Source of the DNA: a virus
Taxonomy: Duplodnaviria > Caudoviricetes
Length of the DNA stretch: 64,000 bases
Direction: 5' to 3' (one strand)
Virus record (IMG/VR): IMGVR_UViG_3300028591_006041
Span: 1-64,000 of that record
Shown here: one piece after another, positions 56,151-64,000 of the stretch
Position numbering within the stretch: the stretch's first letter is position 1
Layout of the letters: the number at the start of each line of letters is the position of its first letter
The notes under the pieces: generated by a model
The model's database searches: none
What the model saw: the letters and a program-made list of their open reading frames with translations, nothing else
What the model was told of the DNA's origin: nothing
Program-made: the position numbers and the translations under genes

Positions 56151-57176
56151 ATGAAAAGTTTTAAAAAGACTTATATAATTAACGAGAATGTCAACGGTAT
56201 AAATGGGTTTGTCATTCTTAAACCTGAATTCTTAAATCATAAAGAAAATTTTTTGAAAATGTTATCAAATAATGGATGGCAAATAATTCAAAAAAATGAA
56301 AGAACATTATCTTTAGAAGAAGCCAAAGAACTATATAAGATGCATAGTAAAAAGGATTTCTATAATGACTTATGTAAGTATATGAGTTCTTCTAATTGTT
56401 TATGTTGTTCATGTCATAAGGATTGTAAAGATCCTATTAAAGAAATGAATGATTTGAAAGATAAGGTTCGTAAGACTTGGGGTAAAGATGAGATGAAAAA
56501 TGGAATGCATTCATCTGACTCATTAGAAAATGTCAATAGAGAAAGTAAGTTGATATTTGAAAAGAAATTTACAGAAGAAATGGACATTAAAGTAACTACA
56601 GAACCTGACACATTTGTAGATTTATTTGATAATGTAAAATTTTTAGATGAGCCACAACAACCAATTTCTAAAGTTCAATCTAAATGTGTTGAATTAGGAA
56701 TAAGCATGAATGATGAAGAATTTGAAAAATTGAAATTTATGCTTAGCAATGCATTGGCTGAAGAATTCAATGCTTGGTATGCTTATACTATAATCATTCC
56801 ATTCTTATATGGTCCACTACGTCCAGATGTTGTTGAGTTCTTTAAAGAAACAGCTAAAGATGAGTTAGAAGATCATGCTTATTGGTTGATGGAAAGACTT
56901 AATCAATTAGGAGTAGAATTGAGTAATGTTTCTGATCCAGCATTTTGGAATACTGTAGCTACTCATAAATACATTTATCCTACTAATGACACTTTAGGTG
57001 CAATTCAAAACAATATCAAAGCAGAACAAGGAGCTATAGAGACTTATACTAAATTAGAAGAATTTACAAGAGATAAAGATGTTGTAACGAATTGTAAGAT
57101 AAAGGAAATACTTAAAGATGAACAAGAGCATTTGTCAGATCTTTATGATTTGAGAAAAGATATAACTAATTTTTAA
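56151..57176 (+). CDS. Nucleoside diphosphate kinase - ferritin/Dps-like fusion
   Basis: NDK: FVILKPE, EEAKELYKMH.KKDFY..L, NGMHSSDS (phospho-His). Ferritin-like: AEEFNAWYAY, ELEDHA, EQGAI, DEQEH. Confidence 0.85.
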   Translation: MKSFKKTYIINENVNGINGFVILKPEFLNHKENFLKMLSNNGWQIIQKNERTLSLEEAKELYKMHSKKDFYNDLCKYMSSSNCLCCSCHKDCKDPIKEMNDLKDKVRKTWGKDEMKNGMHSSDSLENVNRESKLIFEKKFTEEMDIKVTTEPDTFVDLFDNVKFLDEPQQPISKVQSKCVELGISMNDEEFEKLKFMLSNALAEEFNAWYAYTIIIPFLYGPLRPDVVEFFKETAKDELEDHAYWLMERLNQLGVELSNVSDPAFWNTVATHKYIYPTNDTLGAIQNNIKAEQGAIETYTKLEEFTRDKDVVTNCKIKEILKDEQEHLSDLYDLRKDITNF

Positions 57177-57179
57177 TTT

Positions 57180-57770
57180 ATGGCAGATTTAGAAAAACGT
57201 TTTTTCATAACTAATTCTCATAGTGATTATGAAACTTTTATAAATGATAACATCTTTGAAAGAGAAACATTGATATATGATCAAGAACATCTTCATTATA
57301 ATAAACCAACAAAAATTCCATATTTGGAATCTAATTTTTATAATGGATATGATGGACAATTAGGAGCTAAAGATATCTTTGAAACATTAGAATCATTTTA
57401 TAATGATTATAATAAAAATTATAATAATCAGTTTAATGTTAATAATAGTGCATATTATTATTTTTTGTTAATGACTGAGTCAGAATATAGTGAGGTATAT
57501 GGTAACATATATAGTAAATTATCTGATTATATAAAACAACATAATTCAAATGCTAGTTCTAATTTTAATTTACAAAATTATGAATCTTCATATGGTGAAA
57601 GTTATTATAATCTTTATTTAAGATGTAATACTATAGGAACAGGATATCATGAAGTTAATGGTGGTAGAGGTTATCTTTCTGGTTATTATTTAACTGTAAA
57701 AGATACATTAACAAATGAAACTTTACAAGAAGTATTTTTAGGATACGTTGTGGAAGGTTTTTATAATTAA
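57180..57770 (+). CDS. Hypothetical N/Y-rich protein
   Basis: 196-aa ORF in the late run. Confidence 0.7.
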   Translation: MADLEKRFFITNSHSDYETFINDNIFERETLIYDQEHLHYNKPTKIPYLESNFYNGYDGQLGAKDIFETLESFYNDYNKNYNNQFNVNNSAYYYFLLMTESEYSEVYGNIYSKLSDYIKQHNSNASSNFNLQNYESSYGESYYNLYLRCNTIGTGYHEVNGGRGYLSGYYLTVKDTLTNETLQEVFLGYVVEGFYN

Positions 57771-57792
57771 ATAAACTGTTTAAATTATTTAT

Positions 57793-58545
57793 ATGAAAAA
57801 TTTAAATCAATTCATTATAGAACGTCTTAAGATTACTAAAGATTCTAAGTTTTCTAAAGCTAAATTAGATAGAAGTTTTATAGATATATTAAGTTATGTA
57901 ATTAATGATTTTGAGGGTAAACGATTTAGTGCAAGATATTCATTAGAATTTTTATATAATATTTTCTGTGAAGCTATGTCAGAATCAGCAGAAGTAATAC
58001 ATTATGCATATGATAAAAAAGGAAAACGTATACAAAGTGATATGCAAATGTGTACTATTAAAGCTGGTAAAAATTTATTTCATATTAAAGAAGATAATTA
58101 TGGACAATTAGAATTCGATGATAATGATAAATGCCTTGATATATGGGGAAGTGGTAGAGGAAGTGAAGTATATTTTGGTGTATGTCTTATAGAAGATGTA
58201 TTCAATAAATCTATTCATTTTAAAATAAAAGAAGATCAAATTGATTTATCAGATATTAAGAATATATTTGGTATAGAAGATGAATCAAAATTTAAAATTG
58301 ATATTAGAGTTTATAATGTTAATGGATGGAAAGTTTATGTTGGAACAATACATAAAAAGAATGCAACAAGTTTGTCAAATTACATACATACAACTGTTGT
58401 ATTACCGAATAATAATACATATAAAAGTTATTATTATTGTGATGGGGCAGGAATGACTGGTTCTGATGATCATTATTCAGGAAATGATGAAAATGACTTT
58501 AAAGATAGTATAAAAAAACTAATAGAAAATCATTTACACTTATGA
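57793..58545 (+). CDS. Leader-family protein 8
   Basis: MKNLNQFIIERLKITKDSK. Confidence 0.8.
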   Translation: MKNLNQFIIERLKITKDSKFSKAKLDRSFIDILSYVINDFEGKRFSARYSLEFLYNIFCEAMSESAEVIHYAYDKKGKRIQSDMQMCTIKAGKNLFHIKEDNYGQLEFDDNDKCLDIWGSGRGSEVYFGVCLIEDVFNKSIHFKIKEDQIDLSDIKNIFGIEDESKFKIDIRVYNVNGWKVYVGTIHKKNATSLSNYIHTTVVLPNNNTYKSYYYCDGAGMTGSDDHYSGNDENDFKDSIKKLIENHLHL

Positions 58546-59078
58546 AAAATATTGTACAATATATAACTGAAGCAATTAAAGATGTTGATCAGCAAATAAT
58601 TGAAATACTTAATTTTTATGCCAAAAATATGTCTGGTGTTCAACAAGAACTATATAAGCAAAAAATAAAAGATGCTGATTCTGTTGATATAGTTCCATTA
58701 TCAGAAGTATTTTCTGAAGAAGAAATTGAAGATATTGAACGTATAGTCAGACCTCAACCAAAATGTTGTTATGAGAATGCATGGAAATTATGTGATAGGT
58801 TATCTTATGGAAAACATGACATAAAATATTGCGAAGGATATCTTAATATGAGAGGACTTCCTATAGATCATGCATTCAATAAAGTTGATGGAAAATATGT
58901 AGATATTACTATTGAATTAGCTTTAAATAAAGACATATCAAAAGAAGAAGATACTTATGTGATTATTGGAGAATATGATGACAATCAAGTTAGAGAAATA
59001 TTGCTTCAAAATGGATTCTATGGAGATATCTATAATACAATATTTTTGAATAAATATAAAGAAAACGTTAAGAAATGA
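58542..59078 (+). CDS. Transglutaminase/papain-like fold protein with relaxed leader
   Basis: PKCCYENAW (Cys), IDHAFN (His), YVDIT (Asp); leader MKNIVQYITE. Confidence 0.65.
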   Translation: MKNIVQYITEAIKDVDQQIIEILNFYAKNMSGVQQELYKQKIKDADSVDIVPLSEVFSEEEIEDIERIVRPQPKCCYENAWKLCDRLSYGKHDIKYCEGYLNMRGLPIDHAFNKVDGKYVDITIELALNKDISKEEDTYVIIGEYDDNQVREILLQNGFYGDIYNTIFLNKYKENVKK

Positions 59079-59587
59079 GAAACTTAAATCAATTTATTAC
59101 AGAACGACTTAAACTTACTAAAGATACAAAAGTATTTAATGATTATGAAGGTTTAGCTGAGAAAATGGTAAATTATGTTTGGCCAATAACTTATGAAAAT
59201 GATCAAGATGATATGAAAGAACATAAAAAATATGTTGAAGAAATAACAGAAATATTTAAGAAAAATGCAATTGTTGAAATTTCTAAACCAATGTACGGAG
59301 GTATGGACGGTTTAAAGGATTCACTATATGGATTAAATATTGATAAAGATATAGCTAAACAATATGGATTTAAAATGTCAGATTATAAAGAAGCACCAAT
59401 TCCAGATATTCAACATAATACAAAAATTAATTTAGATGATTTAGAAGATGAAGATAATGATAATTATATATTAATGAATGATTCAAATTTATGCTATACA
59501 ATTTATGGTGATTTTTCAGGAAAAAAGAATTTAATCATATTTTATAATTCTAGTGCAGATTATGCATTTATATTTTACGTAAAATAA
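59075..59587 (+). CDS. Leader-family protein 9
   Basis: MRNLNQFITERLKLTKDTK. Confidence 0.8.
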   Translation: MRNLNQFITERLKLTKDTKVFNDYEGLAEKMVNYVWPITYENDQDDMKEHKKYVEEITEIFKKNAIVEISKPMYGGMDGLKDSLYGLNIDKDIAKQYGFKMSDYKEAPIPDIQHNTKINLDDLEDEDNDNYILMNDSNLCYTIYGDFSGKKNLIIFYNSSADYAFIFYVK

Positions 59588-59599
59588 GTTTTATTAAAA

Positions 59600-60145
59600 A
59601 TGAGAAATTTAAATAATTTTATATTAGAACGTCTTAAGTTAAATAAAGATACTAAAATTGATGACAGTAAATACTGTATATCATTAGATAATTTCATTAA
59701 GAAATATGATTTAGAATATAATGGAGAAACTATACATAATGGAATGACAGAATATAAAGTTCCGAGAGAAAAACCATTATGGAAAATTGTTAAGAAAAAT
59801 AATTCTTGGGAATATTGGACAGAATCTATAAATCATATTGAATCAGAATTCAATATTGATAAAGATAAATGGAGGATCAATATGAGTACTCCTGATGAAA
59901 GACGTGTAAGTTTCTTTATACAAAAATATATTTTTAGTAATGATCCGTGGACAACTATATCATTTGTAAGATTTGTTGATAAAGACTTAATAAAAATGGC
60001 AAATGATCCAGATTGTTATTTAGAATATTTTGTAGAAAATAATCATTATATTTTAAATGCATGTAAAATATCTAAAGATGAATTTCAATGGATAGAAAGA
60101 GTATTATTTACATGGATAGATTGGTTTATAGAAAAATGTAAATGA
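59600..60145 (+). CDS. Leader-family protein 10
   Basis: MRNLNNFILERLKLNKDTK. Confidence 0.8.
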   Translation: MRNLNNFILERLKLNKDTKIDDSKYCISLDNFIKKYDLEYNGETIHNGMTEYKVPREKPLWKIVKKNNSWEYWTESINHIESEFNIDKDKWRINMSTPDERRVSFFIQKYIFSNDPWTTISFVRFVDKDLIKMANDPDCYLEYFVENNHYILNACKISKDEFQWIERVLFTWIDWFIEKCK

Positions 60146-60174
60146 ATTTATATACAATAAAATTTATTTTAATT

Positions 60175-60783
60175 ATGAAAAATTTAAATCAATTCATTAT
60201 AGAACGACTTAAACTAAATAATAACAGTAAAGCAGATATTTATAATTTTTTTCCTAAATCTGCAATTGAATTAAATAATTTAGTAGAAAAATTATTGAAT
60301 GAAAGAGGACCTGATGCAGATTTAAATGATATAAATGTATCTAATGTTCCTGATTTTAATTATTCTCCTGAAGATAAAATAAAATATGATTTAGAACTTG
60401 ATTTTGGAATATTCTCTAATTTAGATCCTCACAACATTAAAATAGATAAATGGGATGTGCGTCATATTACAGATATGTCAAATATGTTTTTTAATTGTTA
60501 TAATTTAGATTGTAATTTAAATAATTGGAAAACAACTAATCTTGAAAATATATCTTATATGTTTTATGAATGTAAAAGATTTGATTCTAATTTAAGTAAT
60601 TGGGATGTTAGAAATGTTTTATATTGGGCAAATGCATTTGAAGGATGTATAAATTTTAAGGGTAAAGGATTAAATCAATGGAATCCAGAAAAATTAAAAT
60701 ATGGATATCATTGGGATATGTTTAAACAATGTAAAAAAATAAGAAAAAAACCACAATGGTATATTGATAAAATAATAAATTAA
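60175..60783 (+). CDS. Leader-family protein 11 with DUF285-like repeats
   Basis: Start moved to ATG 60175 (MKNLNQFIIERLKLNNNSK); WDVRHITDMSNMF, WKTTNLENISYMF, LSNWDVRNV. Confidence 0.82.
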   Translation: MKNLNQFIIERLKLNNNSKADIYNFFPKSAIELNNLVEKLLNERGPDADLNDINVSNVPDFNYSPEDKIKYDLELDFGIFSNLDPHNIKIDKWDVRHITDMSNMFFNCYNLDCNLNNWKTTNLENISYMFYECKRFDSNLSNWDVRNVLYWANAFEGCINFKGKGLNQWNPEKLKYGYHWDMFKQCKKIRKKPQWYIDKIIN

Positions 60784-60809
60784 GGAGGCATTTAACCTCC
60801 TTAATTTAT
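60775..60809. terminator. Bidirectional terminator
   Basis: 14-bp stem ATAAATTAAGGAGG/CCTCCTTAATTTAT. Confidence 0.85.
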
Positions 60810-61201
60810 GGGTTCATAATTGGTTCTAAATGAAATTCATAATTTTTCTTAATAAGATTGTTGATATATTGTCCTTTGTTTTCTGCATGCATCAAATAAT
60901 CAAATACATGTACAGGTACATCATGATAAAAATACCCAAAATTCTGTTCTCTCATACCAATATCATATCCATCAGGAGTTTTTTTCATTTCTTTATATTG
61001 TATGAAAAGCTGATTTGTTTCACTAATATATCCAATCCATGCAACATTTGAATTCTCTTCAACTTTATGCATTCCAAACATATATTCATTTGGTTTAGCT
61101 GCAACTCCTTCAATTACTTTAATGTTCTCATAATTATAATCTACGATATTCTTCTTATCTTTATTTTTCTTCATATCTTTACTTTTAAATATTATTGTCA
61201 T
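60806..61201 (-). CDS. KTSC-domain protein
   Basis: NSNVAWIGY...LFIQYK...YFYHDVPVHVFDYLMHAENKGQYINNLIK. Confidence 0.75.
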   Translation of the reverse strand: MTIIFKSKDMKKNKDKKNIVDYNYENIKVIEGVAAKPNEYMFGMHKVEENSNVAWIGYISETNQLFIQYKEMKKTPDGYDIGMREQNFGYFYHDVPVHVFDYLMHAENKGQYINNLIKKNYEFHLEPIMNP

Positions 61202-61205
61202 ATTA

Positions 61206-61622
61206 TTATAAATTATGTTCAGTATAATACATTACTCGTACTCTATATTTGATAACTTCAGCATAATCTAAAGTTCTTAAGAATTCATTTACCTGTTTTC
61301 TGTTTAGAAATCTTGGATGACTACTCATTATATCATATAATTCAATAACCTTTTTATCATAGGTAATAGGCCATTTTTGTTGAGATCTCTTATAAGCATT
61401 AATTAATCTATCAGTATTGTAATTGTTGTCCAAAATTTGTTTATATTGTTTATGAGAAATATGCCAACCACAACAAGCAGGACAATAATATGATCTTAAT
61501 TCATCTCCATTTTCTATATCATCCTTATTGAATTTAATGAAATTGTTTGCCTTAGATTCTGATTCAAAAAACATCTTTAGTCGACTACAATCTGGGCACA
61601 TTACTCTATTTTTTGGCTTCAT
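61206..61622 (-). CDS. Zinc-binding hypothetical protein (CPDC...YYCPACCGWH)
   Basis: Start moved to ATG 61622 (MKPKNRVMCPDC). Confidence 0.7.
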   Translation of the reverse strand: MKPKNRVMCPDCSRLKMFFESESKANNFIKFNKDDIENGDELRSYYCPACCGWHISHKQYKQILDNNYNTDRLINAYKRSQQKWPITYDKKVIELYDIMSSHPRFLNRKQVNEFLRTLDYAEVIKYRVRVMYYTEHNL

Positions 61623-61788
61623 AATAATTATAACTTTTATTATAGTTTTCCATGCAATAAAGCTGTGCAAAAGCCATTACTAATTGATCCATTGTTTTGT
61701 TTTTTCCTTGTCCAGACAAAAAATATCCACATGCATCCAATTCACGAATGACCATGTCCTCAAATAATTGATTGTCTTTCTCATCCAT
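61606..61788 (-). CDS. Small hypothetical protein
   Basis: 60-aa ORF overlapping both neighbours. Confidence 0.5.
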   Translation of the reverse strand: MDEKDNQLFEDMVIRELDACGYFLSGQGKNKTMDQLVMAFAQLYCMENYNKSYNYYEAKK

Positions 61789-62074
61789 AATTAATAATAT
61801 CTTTATAAGAAATTCTATAATACTGTGTGCATTTTACCGTTTTTCTAATTTTTTCTTTAGAAAAATATGTCATATCTTTCATATGATTAATAACATAATT
61901 AAATGGTAAAACTTTGGTAACATGTTCTTTAGTCAAGGGATTAATCCAATCAAATAAGAAATCTTTTTCTTTATAAATACAACTTACAGGAAAAGTAAAA
62001 TAACCTGTATTTTCATTTTCAAATGTTGGATTACTAATTAGATGATAATTAGTTGAATTTCTTTTTCTGCACAT
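61781..62074 (-). CDS. Hypothetical protein
   Basis: 97-aa ORF after the promoter at 62100-62127. Confidence 0.65.
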   Translation of the reverse strand: MCRKRNSTNYHLISNPTFENENTGYFTFPVSCIYKEKDFLFDWINPLTKEHVTKVLPFNYVINHMKDMTYFSKEKIRKTVKCTQYYRISYKDIINYG

Positions 62075-62099
62075 TTTTATAATTTTTGGTTACATATAT

Positions 62100-62127
62100 A
62101 ATATAGTTATTAGTTTTAAAAGTTCAA
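62100..62127 (-). promoter_or_regulatory. Putative early/middle promoter TTGAAC-N16-TATATT
   Basis: Two-box motif, back-to-back with the late motif at 62142. Confidence 0.55.
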
Positions 62128-62141
62128 TATAATATGATTAT

Positions 62142-62154
62142 TATTTTTAATAAA
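62142..62154 (+). promoter_or_regulatory. Putative late promoter motif TATTTTTAATAAA
   Basis: Exact motif upstream of ATG 62181. Confidence 0.65.
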
Positions 62155-62180
62155 AGATTTAAATATTCTATTTATACTAA

Positions 62181-64000
62181 ATGGCAAAGAAAACAATTAG
62201 TGGAGCATTAGGTAATCTTGGAAAAACAATGGCAAATATGTTTGGACCTAAAACTCCATCTGGACCAGAAGACAATACGGAAGAGATAAAAGAATTCTTA
62301 GAATCAATAAAAATGAATATGTCTATGAGTTATGCTAGTTTCTTTTTAGGAAATTCTGCGAAAGGACTTAAAGACACATCTTTTTTAGGTGCAACAAAAT
62401 CAAATAAAAATTCTATTCTCGGTGAAAATAAGTCAATATATAGTTTATTAGAAGATATTAAAAAACAATTAGATAAGAATACTAAAGAATCTCCAATTGT
62501 TTCAATGTCAGAAAATATAAAGAAACTTCAAACATCATTCAAAAAATATCCTGATGATATAGAAGAAATATTAGAATCTTCTTTGAAGACTCTAAATAAA
62601 GAAGATAGTGAAAATAAAGAAGAAGGTGAATTAAGTAATGAAGTAAGACTAATCATATCAGGATTAGATGGTAAAGGAATAAATGGATTAATTGAATTAG
62701 CTAAAATGGATTCTGATAAAGTATCTCAAGGATTGAAGAATTTATTAGAAGTCATAAAACCATTTAATGAATTGAAGTTAGATGAAAAAATCATACAAAA
62801 CCATGTTTCTTTAATAGAAACAATAATGAATAAAGTAAATACTGTAAAAGTTCCAGATAGTGAAAAACAAGTTGATGTCATAGAATCTATACAAGCAATT
62901 TTAGGAATATTAGGTTCTTTGGAAACAATTGGTAAAATGGAAGACAATTCAGATAAAGCCAAAACAATTATTGTAAACTATCTTAAAGCTTTACAGGAAT
63001 CTTATGCTGAAGTAGAAAAATCATTCAACCAAATTATAGCTATATCTACTTTGGTAGATCAATCTAAAAGTGCTTCAGCTAAAATAAAAGAAGGATTAGA
63101 TGCTTGTAATCAAACTGCAATAGAAACAGCAAATAATGAATCAACATTGAAAGCTAGTAATAGGTCAATGGGTGAATTGACAGGATTCATGATAGCTGCC
63201 GCAGCTGTAATGATGATTGGTGCATTATTCATGGAATTGAGTAATGGAAAAATGTTCATTAATGCACTTAAATTTGGTGCTGCATTAATGGCATTTGAAG
63301 CTTTAGTGTTAGCTCCTATATTGATTTTCTCTAAAATGAAAGGAGAAGTCGCTAAAGGCTTAGAAGACTTTTCAGATTTTGTTATAGTATGTGCTGGAGT
63401 AATGATGGTTGGTGCATTATTTATGCACCTAAGTGGTGGAAAAATGTTTATGAATGCACTTAAGTTTGGATTAGTTCTTGGTTTATTTGAAGCTTTAGTG
63501 TTAGCTCCTATATTGATTTTCTCCAGAATGAAAGGAGAAGTTGTACAAGGTCTTAAAGATTTTTCAGGATTCATTATCGTTTGTACGGCAGTTATGCTTA
63601 TAGGAGCATTATTTATGGGTTTGGCTGGAGGTAAATTAGTCATAAATGCGTTAGCTTTTGGATTGACTCTTGGATTATTTGAAGCATTGGTATTAGCTCC
63701 TATATTAGCATTCAACAAAATGGAAGGAGAAGTTGTACAAGGACTTAAAGATTTTTCAGGATTTTTAATAACTTGCACAATAGTTATGCTTATAGGAGCA
63801 TTATTTATTGAACTTGGTGGTGGAAAGTTTGTATTGAATGCTTTGGCATTTGGATTTGTTTTAGGAATGTTTGAAGCTATGGTAATTGCACCATTTTTAT
63901 TATTCAATTTAATAGATAGACAAGTATTTCAAGGATTAAAAGCATTTAGCGGAACATTGATAACATGTACAGTAGTTCTATTAATTGGTGCTTTATTTAT
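62181..64000 (+). CDS. Tape-measure-like protein, 3' partial (absent from the ORF track)
   Basis: Hand translation from ATG 62181 (MAKKTISGALGNLGKTM...) found no stop. Hydrophobic 64-aa repeats, with GALF codons at 63219, 63411, 63603, 63795 and 63987. Confidence 0.75.
   Translation, partial: MAKKTISGALGNLGKTMANMFGPKTPSGPEDNTEEIKEFLESIKMNMSMSYASFFLGNSAKGLKDTSFLGATKSNKNSILGENKSIYSLLEDIKKQLDKNTKESPIVSMSENIKKLQTSFKKYPDDIEEILESSLKTLNKEDSENKEEGELSNEVRLIISGLDGKGINGLIELAKMDSDKVSQGLKNLLEVIKPFNELKLDEKIIQNHVSLIETIMNKVNTVKVPDSEKQVDVIESIQAILGILGSLETIGKMEDNSDKAKTIIVNYLKALQESYAEVEKSFNQIIAISTLVDQSKSASAKIKEGLDACNQTAIETANNESTLKASNRSMGELTGFMIAAAAVMMIGALFMELSNGKMFINALKFGAALMAFEALVLAPILIFSKMKGEVAKGLEDFSDFVIVCAGVMMVGALFMHLSGGKMFMNALKFGLVLGLFEALVLAPILIFSRMKGEVVQGLKDFSGFIIVCTAVMLIGALFMGLAGGKLVINALAFGLTLGLFEALVLAPILAFNKMEGEVVQGLKDFSGFLITCTIVMLIGALFIELGGGKFVLNALAFGFVLGMFEAMVIAPFLLFNLIDRQVFQGLKAFSGTLITCTVVLLIGALF

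Noticed and set aside
43409-60174. ORF-track starts at 43409, 60142, 16553, 5338 and 61670
   Set aside because: Downstream ATGs (43445, 60175, 16601, 5323, 61622) give the family leader, the usual stop/start coupling or a ribosome-binding site, and avoid long overlaps.
63110-63907. 265-aa minus-strand ORF with repeats
   Set aside because: Antisense shadow of the plus-strand tape-measure-like repeats.
1-64000. Stop-codon reassignment (TAG to Gln, as in Lak megaphages)
   Set aside because: Long genes are intact in the standard code, and TAG ends genes at 24244, 36530 and 44757, where read-through would run into neighbouring genes. No split genes were seen.
1-64000. Bacterial chromosome or integrated prophage (because of dnaK, dnaJ and infA)
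   Set aside because: These genes are interleaved with baseplate, neck and tape-measure-like genes and share the phage promoter motifs; no integrase, att junction or run of host housekeeping genes.
1-64000. tRNA, tmRNA or rRNA genes
   Set aside because: No cloverleaf or GTTCRA T-loop was seen in any intergenic gap by eye; tRNAscan-SE or ARAGORN would settle it.

Overview
This very AT-rich, gene-dense window reads as part of a large T4-like (myovirus-type) jumbo phage genome in the standard genetic code. The host is probably Bacteroidales: DnaK, Hsp20, the BspA-type LRR repeats and a WEQRR-type small protein all look Bacteroidales-like. Late and structural genes include gp25- and gp6-like baseplate wedges, a gp13-like neck protein, Ig and LRR proteins and a partial tape-measure-like ORF. 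They are mostly on the + strand behind a recurring TATTTTTAATAAA motif. Host-takeover and replication genes include dnaK, dnaJ, Hsp20, IF-1, Ro60/TROVE, an RNA ligase, a RuvC-like nuclease, a DinG-like helicase, a primase-helicase, a GuaB/GuaC enzyme, an ADP-ribosylglycohydrolase and glycosyltransferases. They are mostly on the - strand behind a TTGAAY-N16/17-TATATT motif. Strongest lead: 11 genes with unrelated bodies share a 19-aa leader M(K/R)xLxxFIxE-RLK(L/I)xKxxK, whose first 10 residues align with the T4 capsid-targeting sequence. Looser versions occur on an NDK-ferritin fusion, an NlpC/P60 hydrolase and a transglutaminase-like protein. Together these suggest a large family of capsid-packaged, injected cargo proteins. 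Other leads: a late operon with three RimK-like ATP-grasp domains and a glycine-zipper protein; a promoter / 101-bp tandem repeat / terminator unit with no normal gene beside the primase-helicase; and a Y-RNA-like stem in a phage that encodes Ro60. All family assignments come from motif recognition by eye; no database searches were run.
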